Positions 1-10,124 are shown, counted from the first letter of the stretch. The stretch: DNA of 64,000 bases from Promethearchaeota archaeon (GCA_048938105.1 JBHLMN010000007.1:1-64000); one strand, 5' to 3'. Notes: a model not told the origin generated them from the sequence alone. Numbers and translations: made by a program.

Positions 1-2
1 TA

Positions 3-851
3 GATCTCTCTGGGGATGCGACATACTATTGGTACTATATTGCAGGGGTCGACGTGGATAATCAGACTTGGACACCCGCTGCCCAACGAAGCTTAGACGA
101 TGGGTCTTATATCTTGCACGCTTATGGTAAAGATTCCGCTGGCAACGAAGGTCATACAAGCGTGACCTTTACGATAGACACCACCCCGCCTACCGTTACC
201 ATTGATTCGCCCACAAAGACAACCTATGCAACAGATACTATCACTGTAACTCTCTCTGGGGATGCAACACACTATTGGTACTATATTGCAGGGGTTGATA
301 TAGTTAATCAGACTTGGACAACTGCTTTCCAACGAAGCTTAGACGATAGGTCTTATACCTTACATGCCTATGGTAACGATTCCGTTGGCAACGAAGCTCA
401 TACTAGCGTGACCTTTACTATTGACACCACCCCTCCAACTATCGATCACCCTGATGACATAATTTATAATGAAGGGGTTTCACCAAACAATATTACATGG
501 AATCCTGCTGATATCAATCCTACCAGCTACACTGTGACGAGGAATGGCACCGAAATCGATAGTGGTTCATGGGATGGTGGTAACATTACTATCAGTATTG
601 AGGGGTTAACAGCTGGCAATTATACCTTTGTCTGCACTGTCTATGATCAAGCGGGGAACAGTATCAGTGATACAGTGGTGGTGAGCGTTCCCAGGAAACC
701 AGCTGCCGAGTTTCCTTGGCCACTAATCCTTCTGTCCTTTGCCATAATTGGATCAGGATTAGTTGTGGTTGGCTATATACAGCGGGAAGCATTGAAAAAA
801 GGATTATCAGTTATAGCTGACAAATTTCGTCCACCTAAAGAAGATCACTAA
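3..851 (+). CDS. Cell-surface Ig-like repeat protein with C-terminal TM anchor (5'-truncated by window edge)
   Basis: Frame is open from base 3 (DLSGDATYYWYYIAGVD...). Repeated D..GN...SVTFTIDTTPPT Ig-like modules; hydrophobic C-terminal helix followed by a basic tail. Confidence 0.85.
   Translation, partial: DLSGDATYYWYYIAGVDVDNQTWTPAAQRSLDDGSYILHAYGKDSAGNEGHTSVTFTIDTTPPTVTIDSPTKTTYATDTITVTLSGDATHYWYYIAGVDIVNQTWTTAFQRSLDDRSYTLHAYGNDSVGNEAHTSVTFTIDTTPPTIDHPDDIIYNEGVSPNNITWNPADINPTSYTVTRNGTEIDSGSWDGGNITISIEGLTAGNYTFVCTVYDQAGNSISDTVVVSVPRKPAAEFPWPLILLSFAIIGSGLVVVGYIQREALKKGLSVIADKFRPPKEDH
6..440 (+). repeat. Intragenic tandem repeat, 246-bp (82-aa) period
   Basis: ctctctggggatgc.aca.actattggtactatattgcagggg occurs at about 6 and 252; GNE.HTSVTFTIDTTPPT recurs 82 aa apart. 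Confidence 0.9.
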
Positions 852-917
852 CAAATAATCTTTAGGTTCAATTGTACAGAAAGAACATCACACCATCAGT
901 AAATAGTAATAGCACCA

Positions 918-1646
918 TCAATCTCTTTTCAAAAATTCTTCTTTTTTTATACCAGTTATTTGCCAAATAACATCTTCTGGCAATATAATATTTGTAGTTA
1001 CTGTAGACAAGTATTCTTCAGGGACAGGACGCTCTCCAAAAAGTCGTTCAGGAACTACATAACCTTCCCAATTCTCTTTTGTAAGGCAATAGGAAGGCAC
1101 TCCACCCAATTCATGTTCAACTTCTGGACGTGGTTCAAGCCGTAATTCCTCCATCCAACGACGAAAACCAATGGGGGATTCCGCAACAATGTAAACTTCT
1201 TCATTCCCCAAAAAGAAATGGTTCTCCATCTTAGCCACAAATAAATGAGCTCCAACCCGGAGACCCCTCTTAAAGGTCATAGTATGAAGACTCATCCCTA
1301 TTTTTGGATTGACTGTCAGACGACTATTGACAAGACCCAATACTTCGCCTGTTTTTCCGTTTTGACCGAGAAATACATATTCATCGTGAACTCTGTAATT
1401 AATGTACGCTAATAATTCTGATAAGATTCGTGCTCCGACAAGATCATAATATTGGAAATCTGATAGTTTCACAATATCGTAAAATAACGGAATGACTTGT
1501 TTAACTTCATCTCGGGTGATCTGACGCACAACCATCTTAGTGCCATCAACCAGATTTATGTACTTGGGAGGATAAGGTGTGTTCTCGGGATTAATTTCAT
1601 TTTGTGGAGGTCGTAGCATTTCTTCATCTATTGACATCGTTCTCAT
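918..1646 (-). CDS. Conserved hypothetical protein, probable GNAT-like fold
   Basis: 242-aa ORF; beta-strand run followed by KRGLRVGAHL, resembling the GNAT acetyl-CoA motif A (R/QxxGxG/A). Confidence 0.5.
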   Translation of the reverse strand: MRTMSIDEEMLRPPQNEINPENTPYPPKYINLVDGTKMVVRQITRDEVKQVIPLFYDIVKLSDFQYYDLVGARILSELLAYINYRVHDEYVFLGQNGKTGEVLGLVNSRLTVNPKIGMSLHTMTFKRGLRVGAHLFVAKMENHFFLGNEEVYIVAESPIGFRRWMEELRLEPRPEVEHELGGVPSYCLTKENWEGYVVPERLFGERPVPEEYLSTVTTNIILPEDVIWQITGIKKEEFLKRD

Positions 1647-1759
1647 CTCTTTTGGAATTTTTAACCGTATTTCAAGAGAAAACTTTATCTAGCAATTATC
1701 TTTTTCTAGCAATTGTCTTGGAGTTGTTTTTATTAAATATTTTTACAAAGATAGATATA

Positions 1760-1779
1760 ATCTTCAAGGATTTGAAGAT
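1760..1779. promoter_or_regulatory. Perfect 8-4-8 inverted repeat in a divergent promoter region (candidate operator)
   Basis: ATCTTCAA-ggat-TTGAAGAT between the divergent GNAT-like and deaminase genes. Confidence 0.35.
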
Positions 1780-1841
1780 ATCTTATATTTTTCTTCTTAG
1801 AAGAGAAAATTACTCCTTTAAACTCCTGGATGTAAGAAAGA

Positions 1842-3104
1842 ATGAATTTACTAATTAAAAATGCACTTACCAGAGAAGGAAAATTAGTTAATATCTTAAT
1901 CGAATATGGAATGATTAGAGAGATTACAGATAAACAATTGAAAGAACAGGAACACACTATTGATGCTAAAGGTTCATTGGTAACTGAAAGTTTTATCAGT
2001 CCTCATAATCACTGGGATAAAGCTCTAATTGGTGATATCATTGAACCAAATGTTTCAGGAACTCTCTGGGAAGCTATTCAGAAAACGTGGGAGGTGAAAA
2101 AGAATTATTCAATCGCGGATATTCAAAAACGGGCTAGTCAGGTTATCGATGAACAGATTAAATATGGCACGACCCACATTCGAACTCATGTTGATATAGA
2201 TTCCATGGGGAAATTAATCCCTTTGAAAGCTCTTCTTGCTGTTAAAGATTCTTATAAAGATATAATTGATCTTCAAATAGTGGCTTTTCCCCAAGAGGGA
2301 ATTTTAAAAGATGAAGGGACTGAAGACTTATTGTATACCGCGATGGAGAATGGCGCGGATTTAATAGGAGGTATGCCTCATAATGAGTATACTCCTCAAG
2401 ATTCCCAACATCACATTGATATTCTGTTTGATATTGCTAAACAATTCAATGTAGATATTGATTCTCATACAGATGAGACTGATGATCCGAACTCTCGAAC
2501 ACTACAGTATCTCGCGTCTAGTGTTATTAAGCGTGATTACTGTGATCGAGTAACTGTGGATCACATTTGTTCGCTTGCTGCTCAGAATGATTATTATGCA
2601 GCTAGAATCATCGACTTAGTTAAGACTGCTAGAATTAATGTTGTAACTAATCCTGGTACAAACATGGTTTTGCAGGGAAGATTAGACAGGTATCCTAAAC
2701 GAGTTGGGATTACTCGTGTTAAAGAACTACTAACTGCTGGCGTAAATGTTACCTGTGGTCAAGATTGTATTAATGATCCCTATTATCCATTTGGAAAAGG
2801 GGATATGCTTGAAGTAGCGTTATTACTTGGACATGCAGCAAAAATGACAACTCAATCCGAGATAGAAACCCTTTATGATATGATCACCTATAATGCTGCA
2901 AAAACGATGGGAATTCCTGATCATAAGCTAACTGTTGATGCACCAGCTAATCTTGTTATTCTCCATGGTATAAAGGCTGTAAATGAAGCAATACGAAAAG
3001 CACCTCCAGCACGTACAACCATTAGAAAAGGAAAGGTTATATCTAAAACATCATTAATAGAAGATCAATATTATGAAATAGAAGAGCCTAAACCTAATAA
3101 TTAA
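1842..3104 (+). CDS. Metal-dependent amidohydrolase, cytosine deaminase (CodA)-like
   Basis: HxHxDK (HNHWDKA), GTTHIRTHVD, QIVAFPQEG, HTDETDD and GQDCINDPYYPFG motifs of the bacterial-type cytosine deaminase family. Confidence 0.85.
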   Translation: MNLLIKNALTREGKLVNILIEYGMIREITDKQLKEQEHTIDAKGSLVTESFISPHNHWDKALIGDIIEPNVSGTLWEAIQKTWEVKKNYSIADIQKRASQVIDEQIKYGTTHIRTHVDIDSMGKLIPLKALLAVKDSYKDIIDLQIVAFPQEGILKDEGTEDLLYTAMENGADLIGGMPHNEYTPQDSQHHIDILFDIAKQFNVDIDSHTDETDDPNSRTLQYLASSVIKRDYCDRVTVDHICSLAAQNDYYAARIIDLVKTARINVVTNPGTNMVLQGRLDRYPKRVGITRVKELLTAGVNVTCGQDCINDPYYPFGKGDMLEVALLLGHAAKMTTQSEIETLYDMITYNAAKTMGIPDHKLTVDAPANLVILHGIKAVNEAIRKAPPARTTIRKGKVISKTSLIEDQYYEIEEPKPNN

Positions 3105-3594
3105 CCATTGAAAATAATGTTAATCCAATCCAAATGACAATTAAGCTCAATTCTGGAAGAATTCCAACTCTTTTATGACTTAAATTTGGCATCCACAAAA
3201 GGAAACTCCGTCTTATCCTATTTACAATGGGATGTAAATAATATCTCCTTCCCCAATCGGGATTGTCTATACGTGAAGCAATATTACGTAATGTATGCCA
3301 ATCCCATAAATCTGGAAGAATTGCAAACAACATCCCTAACCAATAATCCTGAAAGAAAAGTATAATGATAAGAAATCCAGTTAAATATACAAAGATATGC
3401 CATATAAGCCAAAAATTATCGTAAATTCTTTCTGGAGGATGATATGTACTTCTCGCCAGGGCATCCAAGATAAAGTGGGAGCAAAAAGCGCTTATAATAA
3501 CTAGTATAACAACCAACCAAGTTGGCTCTGTAATCATAGTAATAATGATCCCCTGAATTAAAATGCCTGCAATTAAGTGTGTAGGGAGCTGCAT
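3094..3594 (-). CDS. Membrane protein, possible membrane-bound metal-dependent hydrolase
   Basis: Start moved to MQLPTH to avoid overlapping the upstream gene. TH...SHFILD...PDL...HP His/Asp pattern within TM helices. Confidence 0.55.
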   Translation of the reverse strand: MQLPTHLIAGILIQGIIITMITEPTWLVVILVIISAFCSHFILDALARSTYHPPERIYDNFWLIWHIFVYLTGFLIIILFFQDYWLGMLFAILPDLWDWHTLRNIASRIDNPDWGRRYYLHPIVNRIRRSFLLWMPNLSHKRVGILPELSLIVIWIGLTLFSMVNY

Positions 3595-3632
3595 TATGAG
3601 TTTACCTTGGTAGTTCCTTTTAAATAACCAGA

Positions 3633-4217
3633 TTAACGTAAAAATTTTTGATATAAAAACCAAACAGTACTTACTATCCAAAAAACGATAACAATTATAA
3701 TTAGTCCAAATTTTAGAGAAGCAAAAATTGATGCCAGAAGGGGAGAAAACAAAGGAAAATTTAAGGGTGATGAAAGCATTAAAATGAGGTTTAAATTCTC
3801 TATACTATCAAAGACAGCTGCTACAAAGGGAATCAAAGTCATATAGAGTCCAACGAGTTGTATTTGCCCAGATAGGAGTTTACGGGATATTAATAGAGTC
3901 ACACATGCTAGAAATATTGAATAAGCCATTAGGAATCCATAATCCATGAGGGTTACATTCAACTCCTGAATTATTAATTCGTCCGACCAGGCACTGAAGA
4001 TTTGATTGATTTTTTCAACTGTCCAAGCAAATTCTAATTCCATTACTCCATATGGACTTGCAGCCTTCAGTGCTGCTTCTGTTGGGCGCATTAGCATCCA
4101 GATAATAATTGAAGCGATTGCAGATAATATAGTCAAAACAATGATGACATAGTGGGAGGGAGTCTCTTTCAAGTTTTGTATGCATGAATGCTCCATATCT
4201 TTCAACTCTTTGATCAA
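3633..4217 (-). CDS. Hypothetical integral membrane protein
   Basis: About 4 hydrophobic helices; AAVFDSIEN motif. Confidence 0.6.
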   Translation of the reverse strand: MIKELKDMEHSCIQNLKETPSHYVIIVLTILSAIASIIIWMLMRPTEAALKAASPYGVMELEFAWTVEKINQIFSAWSDELIIQELNVTLMDYGFLMAYSIFLACVTLLISRKLLSGQIQLVGLYMTLIPFVAAVFDSIENLNLILMLSSPLNFPLFSPLLASIFASLKFGLIIIVIVFWIVSTVWFLYQKFLR

Positions 4218-4897
4218 TAGCTTATTTTATGCTTCGGAACCTTTTTCTGTTTGAAATCAAGGTAAAGTGTTTTTAGATAATCTGTTAATTCGTTAACAGC
4301 CTTTTCAAGATCACTATCATTCTGAACTACTTTATCTGGAGGAAGTATGTTTATTTTATCATGCATTCGGGTTTGTCTTTCATTGAGAAGGTAGTCAGTT
4401 TCTCTTCCTCGAGTTTTAATACGTATTTTTGCGATGTTGATTGGGACATCAATTAACACTATTTTTGATTCTGGGTACTTATCACGAGCTTCATAGAGAA
4501 TATTACGTGATACATTAACAAGAACCACTTCCCCTCGTTGAAGTGGAGCTTCAAGAAGTGTTCGCGGGCATCCATACCAATTATTATAAGCATACCAGTA
4601 CAATGCATATTCTCCTCTTGATTTTTTCATCAGAAATTCCTCCTCAGATATATAAAGGGATTCTTCTGTTTTATCAGGGGATCTTGTTATCTCTCTTTGG
4701 AGTATATTAACAGGAATCTGTTCAATAAAGAGATTATGCGAAGTTTTGCGCATTATAGTATCTTTTCCACTGCCCGATATGCCCACAACAAAAATCAGCA
4801 AATCACTAGCTATTCGAGATTTTAAAGTCTTTGAATCCACTTTAATAAACCACAAAACACGATTAAAGGCAATTAACACACAATCTAGTTTTCTCAT
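4214..4897 (-). CDS. phnN: Ribose 1,5-bisphosphate phosphokinase (PhnN)-like / guanylate-kinase-fold kinase
   Basis: P-loop GISGSGKDT, ITR, W.AY.N.YG, VLVNVSR and RGRE motifs typical of PhnN. True start is probably near 4840. Confidence 0.7.
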   Translation of the reverse strand: MRKLDCVLIAFNRVLWFIKVDSKTLKSRIASDLLIFVVGISGSGKDTIMRKTSHNLFIEQIPVNILQREITRSPDKTEESLYISEEEFLMKKSRGEYALYWYAYNNWYGCPRTLLEAPLQRGEVVLVNVSRNILYEARDKYPESKIVLIDVPINIAKIRIKTRGRETDYLLNERQTRMHDKINILPPDKVVQNDSDLEKAVNELTDYLKTLYLDFKQKKVPKHKISY

Positions 4898-4990
4898 ATC
4901 AAATTTAGTATCTCTTAAAAGTCAACTAAGTTCTTTCAGATCCAGATGGTTTTTACATATTTACAGAAAGAAAGCTGAATCTAAACGATA

Positions 4991-5539
4991 GTGTGTTTTA
5001 TGACCAAGTTCATCTTTAAAATTGTACTTATTGGAGATGGTGCTGTTGGGAAAACGTCAATTCGTCGACGATATATGGGAGAGGGCTTTCAAACGGATTT
5101 TCTCGCAACGATGGGAGCAGATTTTACATATCTTGAGAATCAAATAGATGAACATGAGATTAAGTGGCAAATTTGGGATCTGGCGGGACAACCAGCATTT
5201 CGAAGCGTCATGAAAGCTTATTTTAAGGGAAGTATGGGAGCATTAGCTGTTTACGATGTTTCCCAACCTAAAACATTAGAAGGCATTGATTCATGGGTTC
5301 AAGAAGCTCAATTCCATGCAGGAACATTCCCAGAACTCCCCGTTGTCTTGGTAGGAAACAAAATTGATTTAAGAGAAGAAATTCCTAATTGTGTAAAAAC
5401 ATTAAATGGATTTGTCAAAGCAAAATCATTGAATGCAGAGTTCATTGAAACTTCAGCAAAAACAGGTGAGAACATCCCTGACGCTTTTACTAGGCTAGCG
5501 CACCAGATCATCTCAAAAACGAGTCTAGAAGGCGAATAA
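4991..5539 (+). CDS. Rab/Ras-like small GTPase (eukaryotic signature protein)
   Basis: G1 GDGAVGKTS, G2 TMGADF, G3 WDLAGQ, G4 NKID, G5 ETSAK. Confidence 0.95.
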   Translation: MCFMTKFIFKIVLIGDGAVGKTSIRRRYMGEGFQTDFLATMGADFTYLENQIDEHEIKWQIWDLAGQPAFRSVMKAYFKGSMGALAVYDVSQPKTLEGIDSWVQEAQFHAGTFPELPVVLVGNKIDLREEIPNCVKTLNGFVKAKSLNAEFIETSAKTGENIPDAFTRLAHQIISKTSLEGE

Positions 5540-5630
5540 ATAAATAATTCGCGTTCTAATCATATGTTTTATAAAAAAAGAGGAGGGAGGGATTGAAATA
5601 TTTCTATTCAAATCTAGAGGGTTTGTTGAA

Positions 5631-6308
5631 CTACAAGTTAGTGAGTGCCCATATACCAGCGGCATCGTTAAGGAGTAGTATTAGCAGCCCTTGAATAGTG
5701 AGAAGTCCACAAAAAATAATAACAACGGGAGCCCAACTGATCAATTGTAATATTCGATCTACAGTAAACTCTGTAAACCGAGTAATTATGAATAGAATTC
5801 CAACAATAATCACAATTAGTAGAATCACAAGCCAAAGGGGGATATTGACAACACCAAGAACCTCTGGATCAGAAAATCCCCCACTAAAATCAGCAAATAA
5901 TAAGAATAATCCAGCTAGCGCTCCGAAGGCGAGTAAGGCAATAATTGCTGCTATTGGTGTATCTTTAAGCGGCTCTGCAAGCATGGAGGAGCCAGCTAAA
6001 AAGATCAACAATATTGTTAACCAATGAACCATCTCCACTTCAGGAGAATCTGGCAGAAATATATCGTCTAAAACCCATTCATAAATCGCCCAAAGGTTCA
6101 CTAATCCTATTACTATGCTCGTAACCAAAGCCAAGTTCTTGAGGATATTGGATTCATCGTCCTTTGATTTTAGGAGCTTGTTTATACCATAAGCAAGGCC
6201 AATAATGCCTGCAATAATTACGATAAAAGGTAATAGCATGTCTAAGATACTTTCAAACATTTTAATCACTTCTCTAGAATATTGATAATATAGAGCTTGA
6301 TTTTTCAT
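5631..6308 (-). CDS. Hypothetical multi-pass membrane protein
   Basis: About 6 hydrophobic helices. Likely start near 6260 (MFESIL). Confidence 0.65.
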   Translation of the reverse strand: MKNQALYYQYSREVIKMFESILDMLLPFIVIIAGIIGLAYGINKLLKSKDDESNILKNLALVTSIVIGLVNLWAIYEWVLDDIFLPDSPEVEMVHWLTILLIFLAGSSMLAEPLKDTPIAAIIALLAFGALAGLFLLFADFSGGFSDPEVLGVVNIPLWLVILLIVIIVGILFIITRFTEFTVDRILQLISWAPVVIIFCGLLTIQGLLILLLNDAAGIWALTNL

Positions 6309-6425
6309 TGCTTATAATTAAGATTTGTATTGAATTATCCAAAAATCATATTCGATAGAAGTTTCCATATTAGTTTCAATATCCGCTAAGACAAGAAAAT
6401 TCAATGTTCCTACAGCTATTTTATC

Positions 6426-7073
6426 CTATATTCCCCCAGAAACGATTTTATGAACTACTCTTTCATGATATTCATGAACCAACGCCTGATCATAATTGAG
6501 TTCTATATGGAAAAGCTGAGCTAAGTTCACACACTTCACAATGTTATGTAAAAGTGAAAAGTATGAATCAGCGATCTCACCCAGACGTTTGATGCCAGCG
6601 TTGAAATGATTTGAAAGATTATTATCGTGTCCGTTTGGAGTCTTATTAATACATAATTGTACATAAGAATCATGTAGCTGTTCAACTAACTCGTTGAAAT
6701 GAAGAACATCAAGAACCTCAAGAAGGGAAGAAATTGCAGTAATGAATAAGATATCTTCTGTTGCAAGACCTTCTCTAAGAAAGGCATGTGTTTTATCATA
6801 GAATCGTTGTTGAACTGCTTCTGACTTGAGTTCTAAAGCTTTTGCAGCTTTCTCCAAAACCAGATTATAAGGTGTAGGATCTATTCCTTGTAATTCATGA
6901 CTAATTTTATCTAAGAAGTTAGAAAATTCTAAGAAAACTCGTTCTGATCCCCTTATTTCAATTTTCAGGCGGTAAGTTCGATCTGTTATGAGATTAGGCG
7001 GTATGAAAAACTGTTGGCTGACCAATTGTTTTATTACTTCATCCTTAAGAATTGGATCTGGTCTCATGATCAA
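6426..7073 (-). CDS. Hypothetical alpha-helical protein
   Basis: 215-aa ORF with no recognisable motif. Confidence 0.55.
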   Translation of the reverse strand: MIMRPDPILKDEVIKQLVSQQFFIPPNLITDRTYRLKIEIRGSERVFLEFSNFLDKISHELQGIDPTPYNLVLEKAAKALELKSEAVQQRFYDKTHAFLREGLATEDILFITAISSLLEVLDVLHFNELVEQLHDSYVQLCINKTPNGHDNNLSNHFNAGIKRLGEIADSYFSLLHNIVKCVNLAQLFHIELNYDQALVHEYHERVVHKIVSGGI

Positions 7074-7196
7074 CCTTCTAGGAATATTATGTTATCATGT
7101 ATTTTTTTGATTGTAATATTGAAAATATAACTAGAAAAATTATCCGCTTTGTTTTTTCCATCTTGTAAATTCTTTCAAACAATGAAATTTATTGAT

Positions 7197-10115
7197 TCAT
7201 GTTTTCTGTAAGCGATTATTGATTGATCGAAAAATAAAATCATATAACCGTCTAATTGAATTGTCTGATAAGTCGAAAAACTGTGCATAAAAACGATCGA
7301 TGTCCGATCGAATCTGTGAATCTTCTAGCATTGAAAATCGATTTGTTTCTTGCATCAATCGCTCCATTAAGTTCATGATCCTATCACTTTCTGTTAACGC
7401 CTTAGTAGGAACCCTCAAAGATTTTAACCAGTATACATTTGTATCAAGTACCCCATAACCCATATTAGTATTTCCTTGAGCTTCCATCTGAGCCCAGACG
7501 AAACTACTATTAAGATAGGTAAAGATTAAAGGTATATACTGATTTTGTTCAATATTTATAGCATAAAAACGTTGATCTGGCATTACTCGAGCCTGATTGT
7601 AGAAACATCCTGGTTTATTATGATAACTTTTAGTCCACAATAGAGAAGGTCTCGGATATTCACCAATTGAATACCAATATTCCCTCTGTTCGACACTCCG
7701 AACTGAAGAATAACCCTGAATATTTATACCACTTCTTTTTCCTTGTTTTATCATAACAGGAGTAGTTTCAGCCCATTTAATATATTCCCAAGCCTCTGAT
7801 CCTTGTAATTGAGCAGGTGAGTCAGAACAGTAAAAGAGCCATAAACTTGAAATATTAGGCGAAGGAATTACAAAACCTTTGATATGAGTAGGACTTTTTA
7901 TCAAAGGAACTAAGTATTTCAGTTCGATTTGTCCTTTATAACCAACTCGATTTTCAACGAGAACTTTTCCATCAGGTCTTTGTTTCTCATCAGCTAGTTT
8001 TAGATGGAAGAAATCATTAGCACCAGTCTTAATTCCAAACCGAACATCAGCTAAGGAAGAAAGATGAATGCCTTTATTCCTAATTTTTTTTATTAATTTT
8101 CTTTCAGAACTAGAAGTCCGAAGAAACGTCCCAGCCCATTTATGTGTTTGTTTTAACAGGTTTTGTGGTATTACTTCTGTTCGATAATATTGATCCTCAT
8201 GTTCTATCCGTCTGATAATTCCATTAGCTAACGAGGAGAGAGGAATTTTGGATAAATTGACCCTAACTTCTGTGAAAATGCCATTTGAGGATCTGGACTT
8301 TCCAGTTAAGGATTTCTCAGCAAGAAGGACAATAGAATTAATCCCAAGCTGATTCCACAATCGTTTCCCGCTTCTATGAATGATCTCGAAGTTATCAATC
8401 TTGTTATCAGGATCTAACAGAAATTTCTGCAGGGTTTGACCATATTTCACTTCAAGCCAAGCATTACTGGTTAAAAAAGCTAATATCCCTCCATTTTCAA
8501 GAAGAGACAAGCTCATTAACGAAAAGTAGATGTAAAGATCACTTTTTCGATCAAAAAACATGTTACTAGAAGATAAATCCTCTATTCGGGCTTGTAACGT
8601 TTTTTTATAGTCGAATAGATAATCAGAACCAATATCTTCATGCCTTACCCACGGAGGATTCCCTATAATCAGATCAAACTTCTCTTTATACATTTTTTTG
8701 TGAAAAAAAAAGTCTCCTTGAATAATATTTTCAATATCTAGTTGAATTGGATGTATTCTTCTTTCTGGAAATTTTAACGATGAATTATTTGATTGTACAT
8801 TTATTTTGAATAAAAGCAGTCTGAGCTGAGTTACAAGAACAGCTATTTTATCAGGATCGATACCGAATATCTCTACTATGGGGAAAAAGCTATTTTCAAA
8901 AGATAGTTCTATGGCTGTCAGATTATGGAGTAACCGAACCACACTAATAAGAAATGTACCTGAACCACAGGCAGGATCTAAAATCTTTATTGAGAAGGAA
9001 TTTGACAACAATGAACCAAAAGATGCTGTTATTGGTTCCATTTCAAACCCCCAATCCTTGTATACCCAATTAAAAAGATCATCAGAGCTGATTTCGGTTA
9101 ATTTGTTTGATAATAAACGAAATATTGCTAGATAAACAATGAATTCGGAATTAAATAATGAAGTATAATATTTTCCTTTTTTCTTTTTCGTGGATAAAGA
9201 TCCTAATAAATTCTCTGCAATAATCGATAGAACTAATGGTGTAATAGAAACTTCTTGAACGAAACTCGAAGGTTCATTAAAGGAAAAAGGGTATTTTTGT
9301 ATAAGATCTATCAATAAAATTCGGTCTATAGGCAGAATATCTAAACCTGTCTCACGAAAGATTAAACTTATTTTCGATAAATAGTCATTTTCCAAGGTTT
9401 GATATGTCAGAAACTCCTGAAGCTTGATAATATAGTCATTAAAAGTGGAAACCGTGGAATTGGTTGATTTTTTTATTAACCAATCAAAAAAATCATCCCC
9501 ATCTGTTAATCCAGATAAGAGGAAAAGGAGAATAAGATACACAATGAAGAATTTATATTGCTCAGTTTTAGATACTTGTATACTTTTCAATCCTTGGCTT
9601 AGGAAGTCAGTTTCTAGTGCAGAAATATCTGTTAAGCTGTGTATCAATTCTAAAGGCGTTATTTGATGATCTGAATCAAGTAATTCTTGAAAATAAGTAG
9701 GTATCTTTCCTTGAGGGAAGCGTATAATTTTTACTTCTTCAATTGATTCATTACTTCTAGGAGAAAAGAAAAAAAGGCTATGACCTATATTAGAAGTATT
9801 AATGACCAATATGTGAGAATTTTGATATGTAGATAATTCTAATCGATTCAGACTGCAAATAGTATCCCTCAAAATAGATTTAAAATTTAGTTTGCTTGTA
9901 TTAAGAAAAATGACAACGTTATCCAACTTACTTAATAGAATAAGATCATTTGTTGCCTTGTTTGAGTATTCTGTATATTGTTTTAATGTTGGGGTGTTAA
10001 AAAAAAGAGAAAAAAAACGGAACCAAGAATTAGGCTCCATAAATGGGTTTGCAAGATAGCTTTCCCACAGATTTCGAGAAAATACCTCTAATTTGTGTTT
10101 CTTACCAAATCCCAT
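7197..10115 (-). CDS. Type IIG/Eco57I-like N6-adenine DNA methyltransferase with C-terminal TRD
   Basis: GKYYT, motif I ILDPACGSGTFL, motif IV IGNPPWVR, SDLYIYF, FLTSNAWL and GIKTGANDFF. Confidence 0.85.
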   Translation of the reverse strand: MGFGKKHKLEVFSRNLWESYLANPFMEPNSWFRFFSLFFNTPTLKQYTEYSNKATNDLILLSKLDNVVIFLNTSKLNFKSILRDTICSLNRLELSTYQNSHILVINTSNIGHSLFFFSPRSNESIEEVKIIRFPQGKIPTYFQELLDSDHQITPLELIHSLTDISALETDFLSQGLKSIQVSKTEQYKFFIVYLILLFLLSGLTDGDDFFDWLIKKSTNSTVSTFNDYIIKLQEFLTYQTLENDYLSKISLIFRETGLDILPIDRILLIDLIQKYPFSFNEPSSFVQEVSITPLVLSIIAENLLGSLSTKKKKGKYYTSLFNSEFIVYLAIFRLLSNKLTEISSDDLFNWVYKDWGFEMEPITASFGSLLSNSFSIKILDPACGSGTFLISVVRLLHNLTAIELSFENSFFPIVEIFGIDPDKIAVLVTQLRLLLFKINVQSNNSSLKFPERRIHPIQLDIENIIQGDFFFHKKMYKEKFDLIIGNPPWVRHEDIGSDYLFDYKKTLQARIEDLSSSNMFFDRKSDLYIYFSLMSLSLLENGGILAFLTSNAWLEVKYGQTLQKFLLDPDNKIDNFEIIHRSGKRLWNQLGINSIVLLAEKSLTGKSRSSNGIFTEVRVNLSKIPLSSLANGIIRRIEHEDQYYRTEVIPQNLLKQTHKWAGTFLRTSSSERKLIKKIRNKGIHLSSLADVRFGIKTGANDFFHLKLADEKQRPDGKVLVENRVGYKGQIELKYLVPLIKSPTHIKGFVIPSPNISSLWLFYCSDSPAQLQGSEAWEYIKWAETTPVMIKQGKRSGINIQGYSSVRSVEQREYWYSIGEYPRPSLLWTKSYHNKPGCFYNQARVMPDQRFYAINIEQNQYIPLIFTYLNSSFVWAQMEAQGNTNMGYGVLDTNVYWLKSLRVPTKALTESDRIMNLMERLMQETNRFSMLEDSQIRSDIDRFYAQFFDLSDNSIRRLYDFIFRSINNRLQKT

Positions 10116-10124
10116 TTCACTAGG

